The position numbers and the translations under genes are program-made. The notes under the pieces were generated by a model that worked only from the letters and a program-made list of their open reading frames with translations, ran no database searches and was not told where the DNA came from. From a bacterium (GTDB taxonomy: Bacteria > Patescibacteriota > Minisyncoccia > Phycocordibacterales > UBA6899), in NCBI GenBank assembly GCA_043743715.1, contig JAYTWK010000055.1, forward strand, positions 10,242 through 74,241: a stretch of 64,000 nt of DNA, given 5' to 3'. This document shows positions 10,188 to 19,694 of the stretch, in pieces. Positions within the stretch are counted from its first letter, which is position 1. Every line of letters begins with the position of its first letter.

Positions 10188-10970
10188 ATGGACACAAACG
10201 ATGTAAAGGATCCCACAATTACCCAGGATGAAACTGAACGAACTTCAGGGCCCTCACCAGTGAGTCATGGTTCTCATTCAATGGGATCTTTGTCTTTGTC
10301 GTCACTCGGCCAAAGTACAAGTGAGGACACTTCCACTTCTTCCTCGTTAGACAAAGTAAAGCAGATAAAAACGGTAATATTCGACTGGGCCGGAATCTTC
10401 TGTAATCCCGGCGAACCGTTCGCGCACCCTGATCTTATCGCGCAAACCGGACTTACGGTGGACGAAATGGGTGCAGCAACAAAGGAGCTTTCGAACCTAT
10501 ACTACCGCGGGAAAATGACCACCTACGAATTCTGGAAAGGGGTCATACAGCAGTTCGGTCTCAATGACCTTACCTCAGGCGCCCTTGGTGACGCATATCT
10601 CTCATCGTATACCCTCTACCCCGGCATGCTCGAGTTTGCGAGTGGACTGCGTCCGCGCTACCGCGTGGTGCTGCTTTCGAATCTGACCGACCTCATGATG
10701 CGCGACATCATGGAGACGCATCATATCGAACGCTATTTCGATCATCTGGTGTTCTCCAATACGATTGGCATCATGAAGCCTGAGTTCGGAGCATATGAAG
10801 CCGCGCTTGCTGTTGCCGAGTCTACTCCAAGGGAGACACTGTTCATCGATGACTCTTTGAAGAATGTCGAGGCGGCAAAGTCACACGGCCTGTCTGCCTT
10901 TCAATTCGAGGGCGGCTCGGTTCCTAGAATGAAAGAGTGCATGAAGGAATTCGGGATTGTCACCGACTAA
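10188..10970 (+). CDS. HAD-superfamily phosphatase with Ser/Thr-rich N-terminal extension
   Basis: VIFDWAG, LLSN, MKP, FIDDSLKN; start codon uncertain. Confidence 0.8.
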   Translation: MDTNDVKDPTITQDETERTSGPSPVSHGSHSMGSLSLSSLGQSTSEDTSTSSSLDKVKQIKTVIFDWAGIFCNPGEPFAHPDLIAQTGLTVDEMGAATKELSNLYYRGKMTTYEFWKGVIQQFGLNDLTSGALGDAYLSSYTLYPGMLEFASGLRPRYRVVLLSNLTDLMMRDIMETHHIERYFDHLVFSNTIGIMKPEFGAYEAALAVAESTPRETLFIDDSLKNVEAAKSHGLSAFQFEGGSVPRMKECMKEFGIVTD

Positions 10971-10984
10971 CGCAAGCAAGAAAC

Positions 10985-12289
10985 CTACGCGGAAGGCTTA
11001 TTGCGGGGACGTACCGCCTCTCCTTCGAGCGCTTCACGTACTCTCCCCTCAGCAATTGCTTTCGCCATCACTGCGAACACCTTATCGAGCCGCTTCGCAA
11101 CCTCGAGTACGTCTTTCACTTCAAGCGAGTAGTTGGTGAGATTTGAACAACCGCTAAGGATCCCGTTTTTTGCCGCCTCCTGGATGAAAAGACTTTTCAT
11201 GATCAGATCATCTTTACCGTTCGCATCTTTGAAATTGAACATTGGGTGCGGGCCGATGCCTTCTCCTTGAGTCGGAATGCCATGTTTTTTTGCCAGTTTG
11301 TTGTAATGCGAGAGCAGTAACTCTCCGGTTTTCCATAATTTCTTCTGCACATCATGAGTGCGCATGAATTTGAGGTTTGCTATCGCCGCAGCAATGCTCG
11401 GCAGATATCCGGCCGAAGTCATTGAGAAAAATACGTCCTGACCTGCGAGCACGTCCATGATCTCTTTCTTTCCGCCGAGGACCGAGAGCGGCTCGCCGTT
11501 CGATATCGCTTTGCCGTAAGTCACAAGGTCCGGGGTGACGCCGAAATATTCCGCTGCCCCTCCTTTTGCAAGCCGGAATCCGGTGACCAGCTCATCGAAC
11601 ATGAGTACTGCACCGTGCTTATGTGTGAGGTCTTTTACCGCCTGAAGGAATCCATCTTTCGGAAGTACGGTTGAAACTGCTTCCATTGTGACTATTGCTA
11701 TCTGTCCGGGGTACTCCTCGAAAATCTTCTCAAGTGTTTCTATCTTGTTGTACGCAAATTCATGAGTGAGGTCTTTGACTGCCTGCGGCACTCCGACACT
11801 ACGCATCGGATGCGTCGCTATAGTCCAGTCGGTCCAGCCGTGATATCCGCATTTTGCAATATGGTCTCTTCCGGTATATGCACGCGCGACACGTACCGCA
11901 GCACTCGTCACATCAGCACCGTTCATCGCAAACCGTACCGACTCAACGAACGGAATCATGCGTTTGATTTCTTCTGCGAGTTCTACTTCGATGTCTCCTG
12001 GGAGTGTGAAGATGGCGCCGCGTTTGCGCTGAGCGAGCACGGCTTTCTCTATCAGCGGGTACTGATGCCCCAGAACGATGGCACCGAGCGAAGAGCCAAG
12101 ATCGATATATTCATTACCGTCGACATCCCACACGCGGCAGCCCTTCCCTTTCGCGATAGCATAGGGAGAAACCCCGCGCACGAACTGATCCGGCGCTTTT
12201 GATAGCGTCTGAGAAGCACGTGGAATGATCTGTTCTGCACGTGCAAGCAGTTTTTTTGATTTTTCAACGCTGCGTTTTTTGGTTTTCAT
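10985..12289 (-). CDS. Class III aminotransferase (glutamate-1-semialdehyde aminomutase-like, glycan-locus type)
   Basis: WDVDGNEYID, GYHGW, FDELVTGFR, PDLVTYGKAISNG. Confidence 0.87.
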   Translation of the reverse strand: MKTKKRSVEKSKKLLARAEQIIPRASQTLSKAPDQFVRGVSPYAIAKGKGCRVWDVDGNEYIDLGSSLGAIVLGHQYPLIEKAVLAQRKRGAIFTLPGDIEVELAEEIKRMIPFVESVRFAMNGADVTSAAVRVARAYTGRDHIAKCGYHGWTDWTIATHPMRSVGVPQAVKDLTHEFAYNKIETLEKIFEEYPGQIAIVTMEAVSTVLPKDGFLQAVKDLTHKHGAVLMFDELVTGFRLAKGGAAEYFGVTPDLVTYGKAISNGEPLSVLGGKKEIMDVLAGQDVFFSMTSAGYLPSIAAAIANLKFMRTHDVQKKLWKTGELLLSHYNKLAKKHGIPTQGEGIGPHPMFNFKDANGKDDLIMKSLFIQEAAKNGILSGCSNLTNYSLEVKDVLEVAKRLDKVFAVMAKAIAEGRVREALEGEAVRPRNKPSA

Positions 12290-12299
12290 ACTGATATGA

Positions 12300-13322
12300 T
12301 TACTTATTAATCTTCTTCCCTGCACGCTTTAACGCGAGAAGCATATTCACTACCTCGGAGCCATGTGCGATATCTGAAATCGCGGGTTTCTTTTTTTGGA
12401 TAACCTCAAAAAAGTATTTTAACTCACGGAGATACATGTCATTACGCGCCTCATCTTTACTTTTGCCTTGATAACATACTTTGCGCTCCATGCTACCCTT
12501 CTTCGGGTCATACCACTCGACAGTATTCGTAGGAAAATCCCATGACACAATGCCTTTCTCACATTGAATTTCTACCAAGTGACGCTTGGGAATGCTGAAG
12601 TAATCAAGTGAGACTGATGCCTCTACCCGGGATGTAAAGCGCGCTGAGATAGACGCATAATCTTCCGCATTCATCGGATGCGGTCCGACATTTCCATATA
12701 CTGCAGAAGCATGCGTGACCTTCCCAAATAGCACGGTGAGATAATCAAATACGTGTGAGCCAGAATCGAGGATCACACCGCCGCCGAGTTTTTTGTTCGC
12801 AGCATAGGTCTTGCGATAATCTACTCCCTTACGTGAACCGGCAATGTCGTGCCCAACCACAACTCGTACGGACAAAACCTTTCCGAGTTTATTCGACTGA
12901 AGTATGTCACTCATAAACACGAATCCCTGATTGAAACGATAGTTGCAGGCAACCATGACCGTACGCTTCGACTTTTTTGCAGCTTGCTTCAGTTCAATTA
13001 TCCCTTCATTTGTATGTGAGAGTGGTTTCTCGATGAATATGTGGCAACCTGCCGCGAGTGCCACGCGCGCAGTTTTCACATGCAGGTTCGTTGGATTGCA
13101 AACAAATACAACCGCGAATGCCAAAAGTGTTTTTGCGTCTGGCGACGAAACTGTCAACACTCCTGCATCACGGAGTTTCTTCTCGTCGACGTCATAGACC
13201 GAGACATTCTTGTATCCGAGCGACAGCAGATTGTGATAGTGGCGCTGACCAATCGAGCCGAAGCCGATGACAAGTATCGGACTCTGTTTTGTGACTTCGC
13301 TGTGTGTGTTGCGTCTCGCCAT
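12300..13322 (-). CDS. Gfo/Idh/MocA oxidoreductase
   Basis: IGFGSIGQRH, FIEKP, GGGVILDSGSH. Confidence 0.88.
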   Translation of the reverse strand: MARRNTHSEVTKQSPILVIGFGSIGQRHYHNLLSLGYKNVSVYDVDEKKLRDAGVLTVSSPDAKTLLAFAVVFVCNPTNLHVKTARVALAAGCHIFIEKPLSHTNEGIIELKQAAKKSKRTVMVACNYRFNQGFVFMSDILQSNKLGKVLSVRVVVGHDIAGSRKGVDYRKTYAANKKLGGGVILDSGSHVFDYLTVLFGKVTHASAVYGNVGPHPMNAEDYASISARFTSRVEASVSLDYFSIPKRHLVEIQCEKGIVSWDFPTNTVEWYDPKKGSMERKVCYQGKSKDEARNDMYLRELKYFFEVIQKKKPAISDIAHGSEVVNMLLALKRAGKKINK

Positions 13323-13323
13323 A

Positions 13324-14433
13324 TTATTTTGAAAAATACGCTTTTATCGTACGGGCAATATATCCGACTTCATCCTTCGTAAGGTCTTGGAACAGCGGGA
13401 TGGTGATGGCGGTCTCATGATATTCATCCATCACGCTCAAGCTGGTCTTTTTGTATCCATGCTTTCGGTAATAAGGATGACTGTATACCGCAGGATAATG
13501 GAAGTTGACTCCGATATTGTGTTCTTTCAGAAAATTGTACAGCGGCAGCCTGTCTTTTGGCGAGCGCGTGCGGATCATATAGAGGTGCCAGGCGCTCTTC
13601 GCTCCCTTCGTCTCTTTCGGAAGTACGATCTCGGGGATTCCTGCGAGGGCCTTTTCGTACCATGCGACCACACGATTGCGCCTTGCAATGAATTCCTTAA
13701 GGCGAACTATCTGCGATGCGCCAAGCGCCGCATTGATGTCAGGAAGACGATAGTTGTACCCGAGCAGGGTCATGACATTGAATCCTTTTGCGTCTTTCTC
13801 GATGCCATGACTGCGTAAGCGCAATAGTTTTTCATAAAAGGCTTTGTTGCTCGTGAGTACTGCCCCACCCTCACCCGTAGTGATAGATTTGACCGGATGA
13901 AAACTGAACGTCACCAAGTCGCCTCTTGCGCCAATCATATTTTTGCCATACGACGCGCCAAGTGCCTGCGCGCCGTCTTCAATCACCAGCAATTTGTACT
14001 TGTTGGCGAGCGCATAAATCTTCTTCATTTCCGGAGGATTGCCCGCGAAGTGTACTGGTACGATGGCGCGTGTCTTCTTGGTGATAAGTTTTTCTATCTT
14101 TGATTCGTCGATGTTATACGTATCTTTTCTAATATCGCAGAATACCGGTTTTGCACCGACCGCGAGCAGCATGTTGGTGGTCGCAACAAATGTGTTCGGG
14201 CTGGTAATGACTTCATCTCCTTTCTTAAGACCTGCGACAAGGTATGCGAGATGGAGCGCGGCAGTACCGTTCGAAACTGCGACCGCATACTTCGCGCCCG
14301 TCACTCTCACGAGTGCATCCTCAAATTCCCTCACCTTCGGACCTTGTGTCAGCCAGTCTGAATGAAGTGTGTCGGTTACTGCTTTGATATCTTTCTGATT
14401 GATATTCTGATGCCCGTAGGGAATAAATTTCAT
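13324..14433 (-). CDS. pseC: UDP-4-amino-4,6-dideoxy-N-acetyl-L-altrosamine transaminase
   Basis: IPYGHQ...WLTQGP, SNGTAALH, FSFHPVKSITTGEGG, LGYNYR. Confidence 0.88.
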   Translation of the reverse strand: MKFIPYGHQNINQKDIKAVTDTLHSDWLTQGPKVREFEDALVRVTGAKYAVAVSNGTAALHLAYLVAGLKKGDEVITSPNTFVATTNMLLAVGAKPVFCDIRKDTYNIDESKIEKLITKKTRAIVPVHFAGNPPEMKKIYALANKYKLLVIEDGAQALGASYGKNMIGARGDLVTFSFHPVKSITTGEGGAVLTSNKAFYEKLLRLRSHGIEKDAKGFNVMTLLGYNYRLPDINAALGASQIVRLKEFIARRNRVVAWYEKALAGIPEIVLPKETKGAKSAWHLYMIRTRSPKDRLPLYNFLKEHNIGVNFHYPAVYSHPYYRKHGYKKTSLSVMDEYHETAITIPLFQDLTKDEVGYIARTIKAYFSK

Positions 14434-14511
14434 GATGGGTTATTGCAAATGATAACGGCCAGAAAGCTGTAATGTAGCAAATTATAACATATATCCTGCG
14501 CCTACCTTTAC

Positions 14512-14580
14512 TTGACATCTATAATAAGTAATGCTAAATTAATGTACGGAAATTCACTCGTCCCTCTACAACCTGAAAGG
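14512..14580 (+). promoter_or_regulatory. Sigma70 promoter and ribosome-binding site
   Basis: TTGACA(14512-17)-17 nt-TAAATT(14535-40) with extended TG; GAAAGG 5 nt before ATG 14586. Confidence 0.7.
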
Positions 14581-14585
14581 CAGTC

Positions 14586-15644
14586 ATGGACATCAAACGC
14601 CTCTGGCACTTCATCGCCATCCCATCCCTCCTCTTCCTCTTCTGGTTCGCGTACCAGAGCTGGTCTGGCGCTATACGTGTGCACTTCTACGCTCCGCTGT
14701 GGCTTTACCTCCTGATCGCCTTCCTTCCAGTGAAGTGGGCTTCCAAGCAGGTATCGGGTCAACACTCGAGAACCAAGCGATTCCTCATTCAATACTCCTT
14801 CGCAATATGTTTTGCGCTGGCCTTCCATCTATGGAGCGACGGCTTCACTTGGGACCGTCGCAGCTCTCTCGTGTACATGATCGGCATGATCGAGGCGGCT
14901 GGGACCTTCGCGATGTGGAAGGCAACCGAGATATCCCTTGCAAAAGTGTCGCTGTTCTCGTTCATGGATGACCTCATCCCAATGATGATCTCCGCGCTCG
15001 TGTTGAACGAACTTGCGAAGATCTCTCCTCTCACAGGCTTTGGCGTGATCATCTGCCTCTCTGTTGTCGGCTACTTCATCTCTTCTGGAAAGAAAGAGAA
15101 GCGACAACTCGAACTGGAGAAGCGTAAAAAGGATGGCATGAGCGACGAGCACATAGCCGATCTCGATCGGCTTTCGCGGAGTGGGACATTTTTCAAGTAT
15201 GTTGCAATGTACAGCATCGCTTGGGGCGTCTCGATGTTCTTCGCACGCTATCTGTCGTTCAACCAGCTCACTCCCGGAAATTTTGCGATCGGTAAATACT
15301 CGGGTGCATTCACCACCGCGCTCTTGATCTTTTTCTTCTACAAGGACAGCTCGGCAAGCCAGCAGGTCGGGAAGGCCTCGCTTTCCGTGCGAGATTTTGT
15401 ATTCATGTTGTACTACTCGTCCGCGATCGTGCTGTGCGCCATGCTCAGCTATGCGGTCGCACGCACGACCGAGCAGAATGTCTATCAACCGCTCGTCATG
15501 ATTGGTGAAGCGGTCGGCGGGACATGGATCGGCTGGAAGTTCTTCGGTGAAGGAAGGCAGTTCAACAAGAGCGAACGCATCGCAGTCAGCATCGGCCTCC
15601 TCGGCATCGCAGTGATCGGCCTAGCGACCTACCTCAAGGCCTGA
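14586..15644 (+). CDS. Integral membrane protein, DMT/EamA-like
   Basis: About 10 hydrophobic segments in two halves; LVLNE and KFFGE motifs followed by GxxI helices. Confidence 0.6.
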   Translation: MDIKRLWHFIAIPSLLFLFWFAYQSWSGAIRVHFYAPLWLYLLIAFLPVKWASKQVSGQHSRTKRFLIQYSFAICFALAFHLWSDGFTWDRRSSLVYMIGMIEAAGTFAMWKATEISLAKVSLFSFMDDLIPMMISALVLNELAKISPLTGFGVIICLSVVGYFISSGKKEKRQLELEKRKKDGMSDEHIADLDRLSRSGTFFKYVAMYSIAWGVSMFFARYLSFNQLTPGNFAIGKYSGAFTTALLIFFFYKDSSASQQVGKASLSVRDFVFMLYYSSAIVLCAMLSYAVARTTEQNVYQPLVMIGEAVGGTWIGWKFFGEGRQFNKSERIAVSIGLLGIAVIGLATYLKA

Positions 15645-15652
15645 ACGCTACC

Positions 15653-15690
15653 AACCCCGTATCGGGTCATCGATACGGGGTTTCTTTTTT
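15653..15690 (+). terminator. Rho-independent terminator between convergent genes
   Basis: AACCCCGTATCG-ggtcat-CGATACGGGGTT followed by TCTTTTTT. Confidence 0.85.
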
Positions 15691-16872
15691 TCATATGATC
15701 TGCTTCTGTTCTTGTTCATCAGCCAAACGCATTTCTCTCAATATCAGCATGATTCCGGGAATAGCGAGTAACGAGAGAACAGCACCGATACGAAAACACC
15801 AAATGGGATCAAGCAGAAGATTCATACCGATGCCGAGCACCACGCTTCCGGTAGTCCAAACATAATATCCTGATATGACCCCGAGGAGCCCTTCAGCCGG
15901 ATAAGAACGCCGGAGTGTACTCATGGTGAGTGGCTGTATCAGCGCCGCTGATGCACCCAAACACAGCGCAGTGAGAAGCGACGCAGTGAGTCCGATAGAG
16001 GTGGAGAACATATACGCTGATAGTGCCATGACGCAAAGCGCAATGATAAGGAGAGTGGGATACCGTCTTGGTGAAACATTAAATGTCGCAAACATGATAC
16101 CAAACACCGATCCGAGCTTCAGCACTGCGCCAATCGGACCTACCCAAATGACCCCAAACATGTCGGCAAGTCGTAGCGAGAGCGAAGTGAAACCTATCGC
16201 CGCCAGAAAACTTGCCGCCATAATGGCAAGAATGGAATAGCGAAGCGCTCCCTCTCTCCATATCTCTGCACGATGAGATACCGCCGTCTTTGGAAGCTCA
16301 ACATCAAGGACCCGCAGGAGGAGGAGTGTACCGCACGCAGTCACAAGCGCCATGATAAGGAAGAACGCCTGCTCACCCCATGCAGCAGCAATGAAACCGC
16401 CGGAGAATATTCCCGCTGCGCTTCCTCCGAGTGCACCGGAGACCTCGAGCCCATACCCTCGTCCGATATTATCACTTGAGACATGTGCGATGATTCTGTC
16501 TGCAGATACCCAAAGCAAACTCGCTCCAACACCGATAAGTGCAGAGCAGATGATGATAATGGGAGGAGAACTGAGCGCCGCACCTACAGGAAATATTGCA
16601 TAGGTCGCAGCTCCGACAATGAGCGAGCGACGCGGACTTCCGAACCATGCAATAATGGTCGGTGCATAACTATTCACCGCAAGGTAGACAGAATATAAAA
16701 GAAGAAGTGAGACTATCCCTAATGTCTTAAATCCCGCATGTTTCAAAAACACGGAAAGGAACTGCTGAGCCCCACCGAACCCGAAGAATACAAAAAAGAA
16801 CCCAATCCCTATAGCAACAGGATTGTACATCGTTTCAAGTGATTTCACTTTGCTCTGCATGATACGTATCAC
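15691..16872 (-). CDS. MFS transporter (UNC-93-like)
   Basis: About 12 TM segments; GTG start overlaps the upstream stop. Confidence 0.75.
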   Translation of the reverse strand: MIRIMQSKVKSLETMYNPVAIGIGFFFVFFGFGGAQQFLSVFLKHAGFKTLGIVSLLLLYSVYLAVNSYAPTIIAWFGSPRRSLIVGAATYAIFPVGAALSSPPIIIICSALIGVGASLLWVSADRIIAHVSSDNIGRGYGLEVSGALGGSAAGIFSGGFIAAAWGEQAFFLIMALVTACGTLLLLRVLDVELPKTAVSHRAEIWREGALRYSILAIMAASFLAAIGFTSLSLRLADMFGVIWVGPIGAVLKLGSVFGIMFATFNVSPRRYPTLLIIALCVMALSAYMFSTSIGLTASLLTALCLGASAALIQPLTMSTLRRSYPAEGLLGVISGYYVWTTGSVVLGIGMNLLLDPIWCFRIGAVLSLLAIPGIMLILREMRLADEQEQKQII

Positions 16873-17564
16873 TCTTCAAGCCGCCAGTAGCCGTTCTTCT
16901 GCATCTTCTCCTCTATCGCATGCGCACCCATGCCTGCAACGCGACTAAATACAAAGAGCGCTTTTGCCGCAGCAGGGTCCATCCCAAGTGCGAGTACTCC
17001 AGCAGCAAATGCCCCATCGATATTGAGGGGAAGTTTCTTCCCTTTTTGTTTTTCAAGCAGCTGCTCAATAGCATAAGCTTTCTCAAATGCCACAAGTGGT
17101 ACTTTCCCTTCTTTTGCTTTCGAATAAATAATGGTCGCACGCGGGTCTTCGTCTTTGTATACCTTATGTCCGAATCCGGGAATAAACTTCGCTTCTTTTT
17201 CAAAACGAGTGACTATCTCCTCTGCACTTTCGTCTGATGCGAGCACTCTTCCTGATGCTTCGCCTGCTCCACCATGCGCCTCTCCTATTGCAAGGATTCC
17301 TGCCGCCATCCCAATATGGACTGAATTGCCAGAAGCGACCGATACGCGAGGTACATAGAGTGACGGCGCCTCAATGCCGTGTTCAGCAGAAGCGACCAGC
17401 ATCGCATCGAGAAGTATGCGTTCTCCGTCTGATGGAAGTTTCCCGGTATAAAGCAGAAATACCGTATCAACAAATGAATGTTGCTTCATAAGCTCGGTCA
17501 CCTTGTGCCCGTAGATCTCATGCTCTCCTCCTTCGGTTTTACTAATGTTTGTTTCGTGCTTCAT
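16869..17564 (-). CDS. Citryl-CoA lyase (short citrate-synthase-like)
   Basis: EHG, HGGAGE, IPGFGHKVYKDEDPR, LNIDG, SRVAG..AH; only 231 aa. Confidence 0.85.
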   Translation of the reverse strand: MKHETNISKTEGGEHEIYGHKVTELMKQHSFVDTVFLLYTGKLPSDGERILLDAMLVASAEHGIEAPSLYVPRVSVASGNSVHIGMAAGILAIGEAHGGAGEASGRVLASDESAEEIVTRFEKEAKFIPGFGHKVYKDEDPRATIIYSKAKEGKVPLVAFEKAYAIEQLLEKQKGKKLPLNIDGAFAAGVLALGMDPAAAKALFVFSRVAGMGAHAIEEKMQKNGYWRLEE

Positions 17565-17598
17565 ATTTTTATTTGTGAATTTTACTACGCTCTACGAA

Positions 17599-18507
17599 CT
17601 ACGTACTACCTACTAGTTTCTTAAGTATAACAACGATCTCTTCCGGGGTCTCGGCAATGTACGCACCGGCGGCCCGAAGCTGAGCTTTCTTAACCGATGC
17701 CTTGCCGTTGTCTCCCTCGACGATAGCTCCCGCATGTCCGAGCATGGTACCCGCAGGAAGAGTCTCTCCGAACACACCGGCAATTATTGCGACAACCGGT
17801 TTTTTAATCTTTTTGTCCTTTATTGCTTGTGCGAGACGATTCTCATATGTGCCGCCAAGTTCACCGAACACAACTATTGCCCTGGTGTCCGGATCCTTCT
17901 CAAACAACAATGCAATATCAAGCAGATCGGAACCAATCAATGGGTCTCCGCCGATACCGAGTGCGGTCGACTGACCGATACCCGCTTCAGTGAGGATGCG
18001 CGATATCTCCGAAGTCATACCTCCACTCTTTGAAATGACTCCGATATTCCCGGCCATGAACACACGCTCCGCAAGCCCTCCCGAACCGATGCTGCCAAGT
18101 TTCACTTTGCCGGGAGTAATGACCCCGACCGATGAAGGTCCAATGACCATCGCGTGTTTCTTTTTTGCAAGCGCATACATACGCGCAACATCGAGTACTG
18201 GGACTTTCTCACTTAGGATGTTCACAATTGAAATACCCGCGTTGAGTGCTTCTTCGCACGCCTTTCCGACAAGTTTTCCTGGGATAACGATGAGTGAGGT
18301 GTTTATCTCGGGAAATGCATTTATCGCCTCAGCAACGCTTTCGAATACCGGAACACCCTCCGCTGTGGTTGTTCCGCCCTTCCCCGGAGAAACTCCCGCG
18401 CAAACCACGGTACCGTACGTTGCCATTTCCTTGGCCGCACGCCCACCCTCTTTGCCGGTAATCCCTTGGACAAGAACTCGTGTATATTCGTCGATTAAAA
18501 TACTCAT
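17599..18507 (-). CDS. CoA-binding/phosphohistidine subunit of ATP-citrate lyase/citryl-CoA synthetase (SucD-like)
   Basis: VLVQGITGKEG, IGPSSVG, SKSGG, GIGGD, GELGG, LGHAGAI. Confidence 0.85.
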   Translation of the reverse strand: MSILIDEYTRVLVQGITGKEGGRAAKEMATYGTVVCAGVSPGKGGTTTAEGVPVFESVAEAINAFPEINTSLIVIPGKLVGKACEEALNAGISIVNILSEKVPVLDVARMYALAKKKHAMVIGPSSVGVITPGKVKLGSIGSGGLAERVFMAGNIGVISKSGGMTSEISRILTEAGIGQSTALGIGGDPLIGSDLLDIALLFEKDPDTRAIVVFGELGGTYENRLAQAIKDKKIKKPVVAIIAGVFGETLPAGTMLGHAGAIVEGDNGKASVKKAQLRAAGAYIAETPEEIVVILKKLVGST

Positions 18508-18628
18508 CCCGTTAGAAGTAGGCCGCGAACAGTAGTGTTCGCATGCTGACTTTATTAGTATTGATAATATAATTTTGACTCATGGAATTGTGATATGTGT
18601 CGTGTCCGCGACTTCTAACGGGACTCAT
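18503..18628. mobile_element. Start-codon-associated inverted-repeat element, copy 1 (MITE-like)
   Basis: TCCCGTTAGAAGT(18507-19)/ACTTCTAACGGGA(18611-23); flanking direct repeat CTCAT (ATGAG on minus strand). Confidence 0.75.
18512..18628 (-). CDS. Mini-ORF within element 1 (38 aa, MSPVRSRGHD...FAAYF)
   Basis: Its ATG overlaps the upstream TGA; open to TAA inside the inverted repeat, then CGGG-ATG. Confidence 0.4.
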   Translation of the reverse strand: MSPVRSRGHDTYHNSMSQNYIINTNKVSMRTLLFAAYF

Positions 18629-19683
18629 GATCTTTTCATTAATTCGACTATTCTCTTGGCAGAATCAGACATCGAAAGTTCCGGGCCATATACCTCAATA
18701 TTGAAACCTTCTTCTTTTGCGAATTTTTCTAGCATGGCTTTCGCTTCAGGCTGACGCGGACCGTCTCTTCGAATGACAATGGGGTACAGAGGTTTCGGGG
18801 TCACTTTTCTTAATCCGGCAACAAATCCAAGTAGAGTTTCATAGATATCTGTAAAATTTGCCGTGCCTCCTATCACCCATGCACCCCTTAGACCCGGGCG
18901 CGAAAGTACCCGGAGAGTCAGTCCTTCGACCACTGATGCAAGTGGGTTTCCTGAATATTCGACATAATTTGCCGGTCTTCCCTTTTCATTCACTAATATA
19001 TCGATGTTGAGCATCGATGCGCCGCCGCCTGAAGCGATGACAGCAATGTCGCCATCGAGATCAACGTACGGACGCTCCTGTGAAAATGCATCGTCGATCA
19101 CCATCTTCGCGTCCCCTGCTATTACCTTTCCTTCCTTGGTAATGAATAGCGGATTAATCTCCGCAAGGACAAGGTGTTCTTCGCAAAAAAGTTTCCATAA
19201 TGCAGAAATAACAGCAGATAATTCAGGAGACGGTGAGATACCGGCGATGCGAAGCGCGGCATTCACGAATACCTCATCTACACCGACAAGCACATCTATT
19301 GCGGTAATCGATGCACTGCCGACACCGGTGCCGCCTTTTTTATTGAGTGAAAGAATTGGAGCGCGATGCTCGCTCGAGTACGAGATGCTGAGATACAGCT
19401 CATCGGTATACGCGATAAGTTCTTCAGCAAGGAGTACTTCGGGCTTCATCCCGTCGATTGTGAGTGTAAAGAGTTTCGGTAATACAATCTTCAATTCTGT
19501 TTCATCCTTCACTATGATGATTCCTCCTTTCTTCATGCGGTCGCCGGTAGCAACCTGTGATTTCAGAACCATCGGATAAGAAAGTTTCGGGAGTGCGGCG
19601 GAGTTTAGAAGCAGTTCGAATTGCGGCGTTGCTATTCCATAATTACGGAATAGTTCTTTTCCTTCATGTTCAAGCAACTTCAT
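18625..19683 (-). CDS. ATP-grasp/citrate-binding subunit of ATP-citrate lyase/citryl-CoA synthetase (SucC-like fold)
   Basis: MKLLEHEGK, EINPL, DAK; ACL-type motifs SGGGAS, NYVEYSGNP, GGTANFTD, IRRDGP. Confidence 0.85.
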   Translation of the reverse strand: MKLLEHEGKELFRNYGIATPQFELLLNSAALPKLSYPMVLKSQVATGDRMKKGGIIIVKDETELKIVLPKLFTLTIDGMKPEVLLAEELIAYTDELYLSISYSSEHRAPILSLNKKGGTGVGSASITAIDVLVGVDEVFVNAALRIAGISPSPELSAVISALWKLFCEEHLVLAEINPLFITKEGKVIAGDAKMVIDDAFSQERPYVDLDGDIAVIASGGGASMLNIDILVNEKGRPANYVEYSGNPLASVVEGLTLRVLSRPGLRGAWVIGGTANFTDIYETLLGFVAGLRKVTPKPLYPIVIRRDGPRQPEAKAMLEKFAKEEGFNIEVYGPELSMSDSAKRIVELMKRS

Positions 19684-19694
19684 ATTATTTTTCT

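Noticed and set aside
10985-12289. hemL tetrapyrrole gene
   Set aside because: The context is sugar-nucleotide biosynthesis with no other hem genes; treated as a class III aminotransferase
17599-19683. Ordinary sucCD succinyl-CoA synthetase
   Set aside because: The beta-like subunit has ACL-type GGGAS/EYSG/ANFTD motifs and is followed by a citryl-CoA lyase, so suc symbols were not assigned
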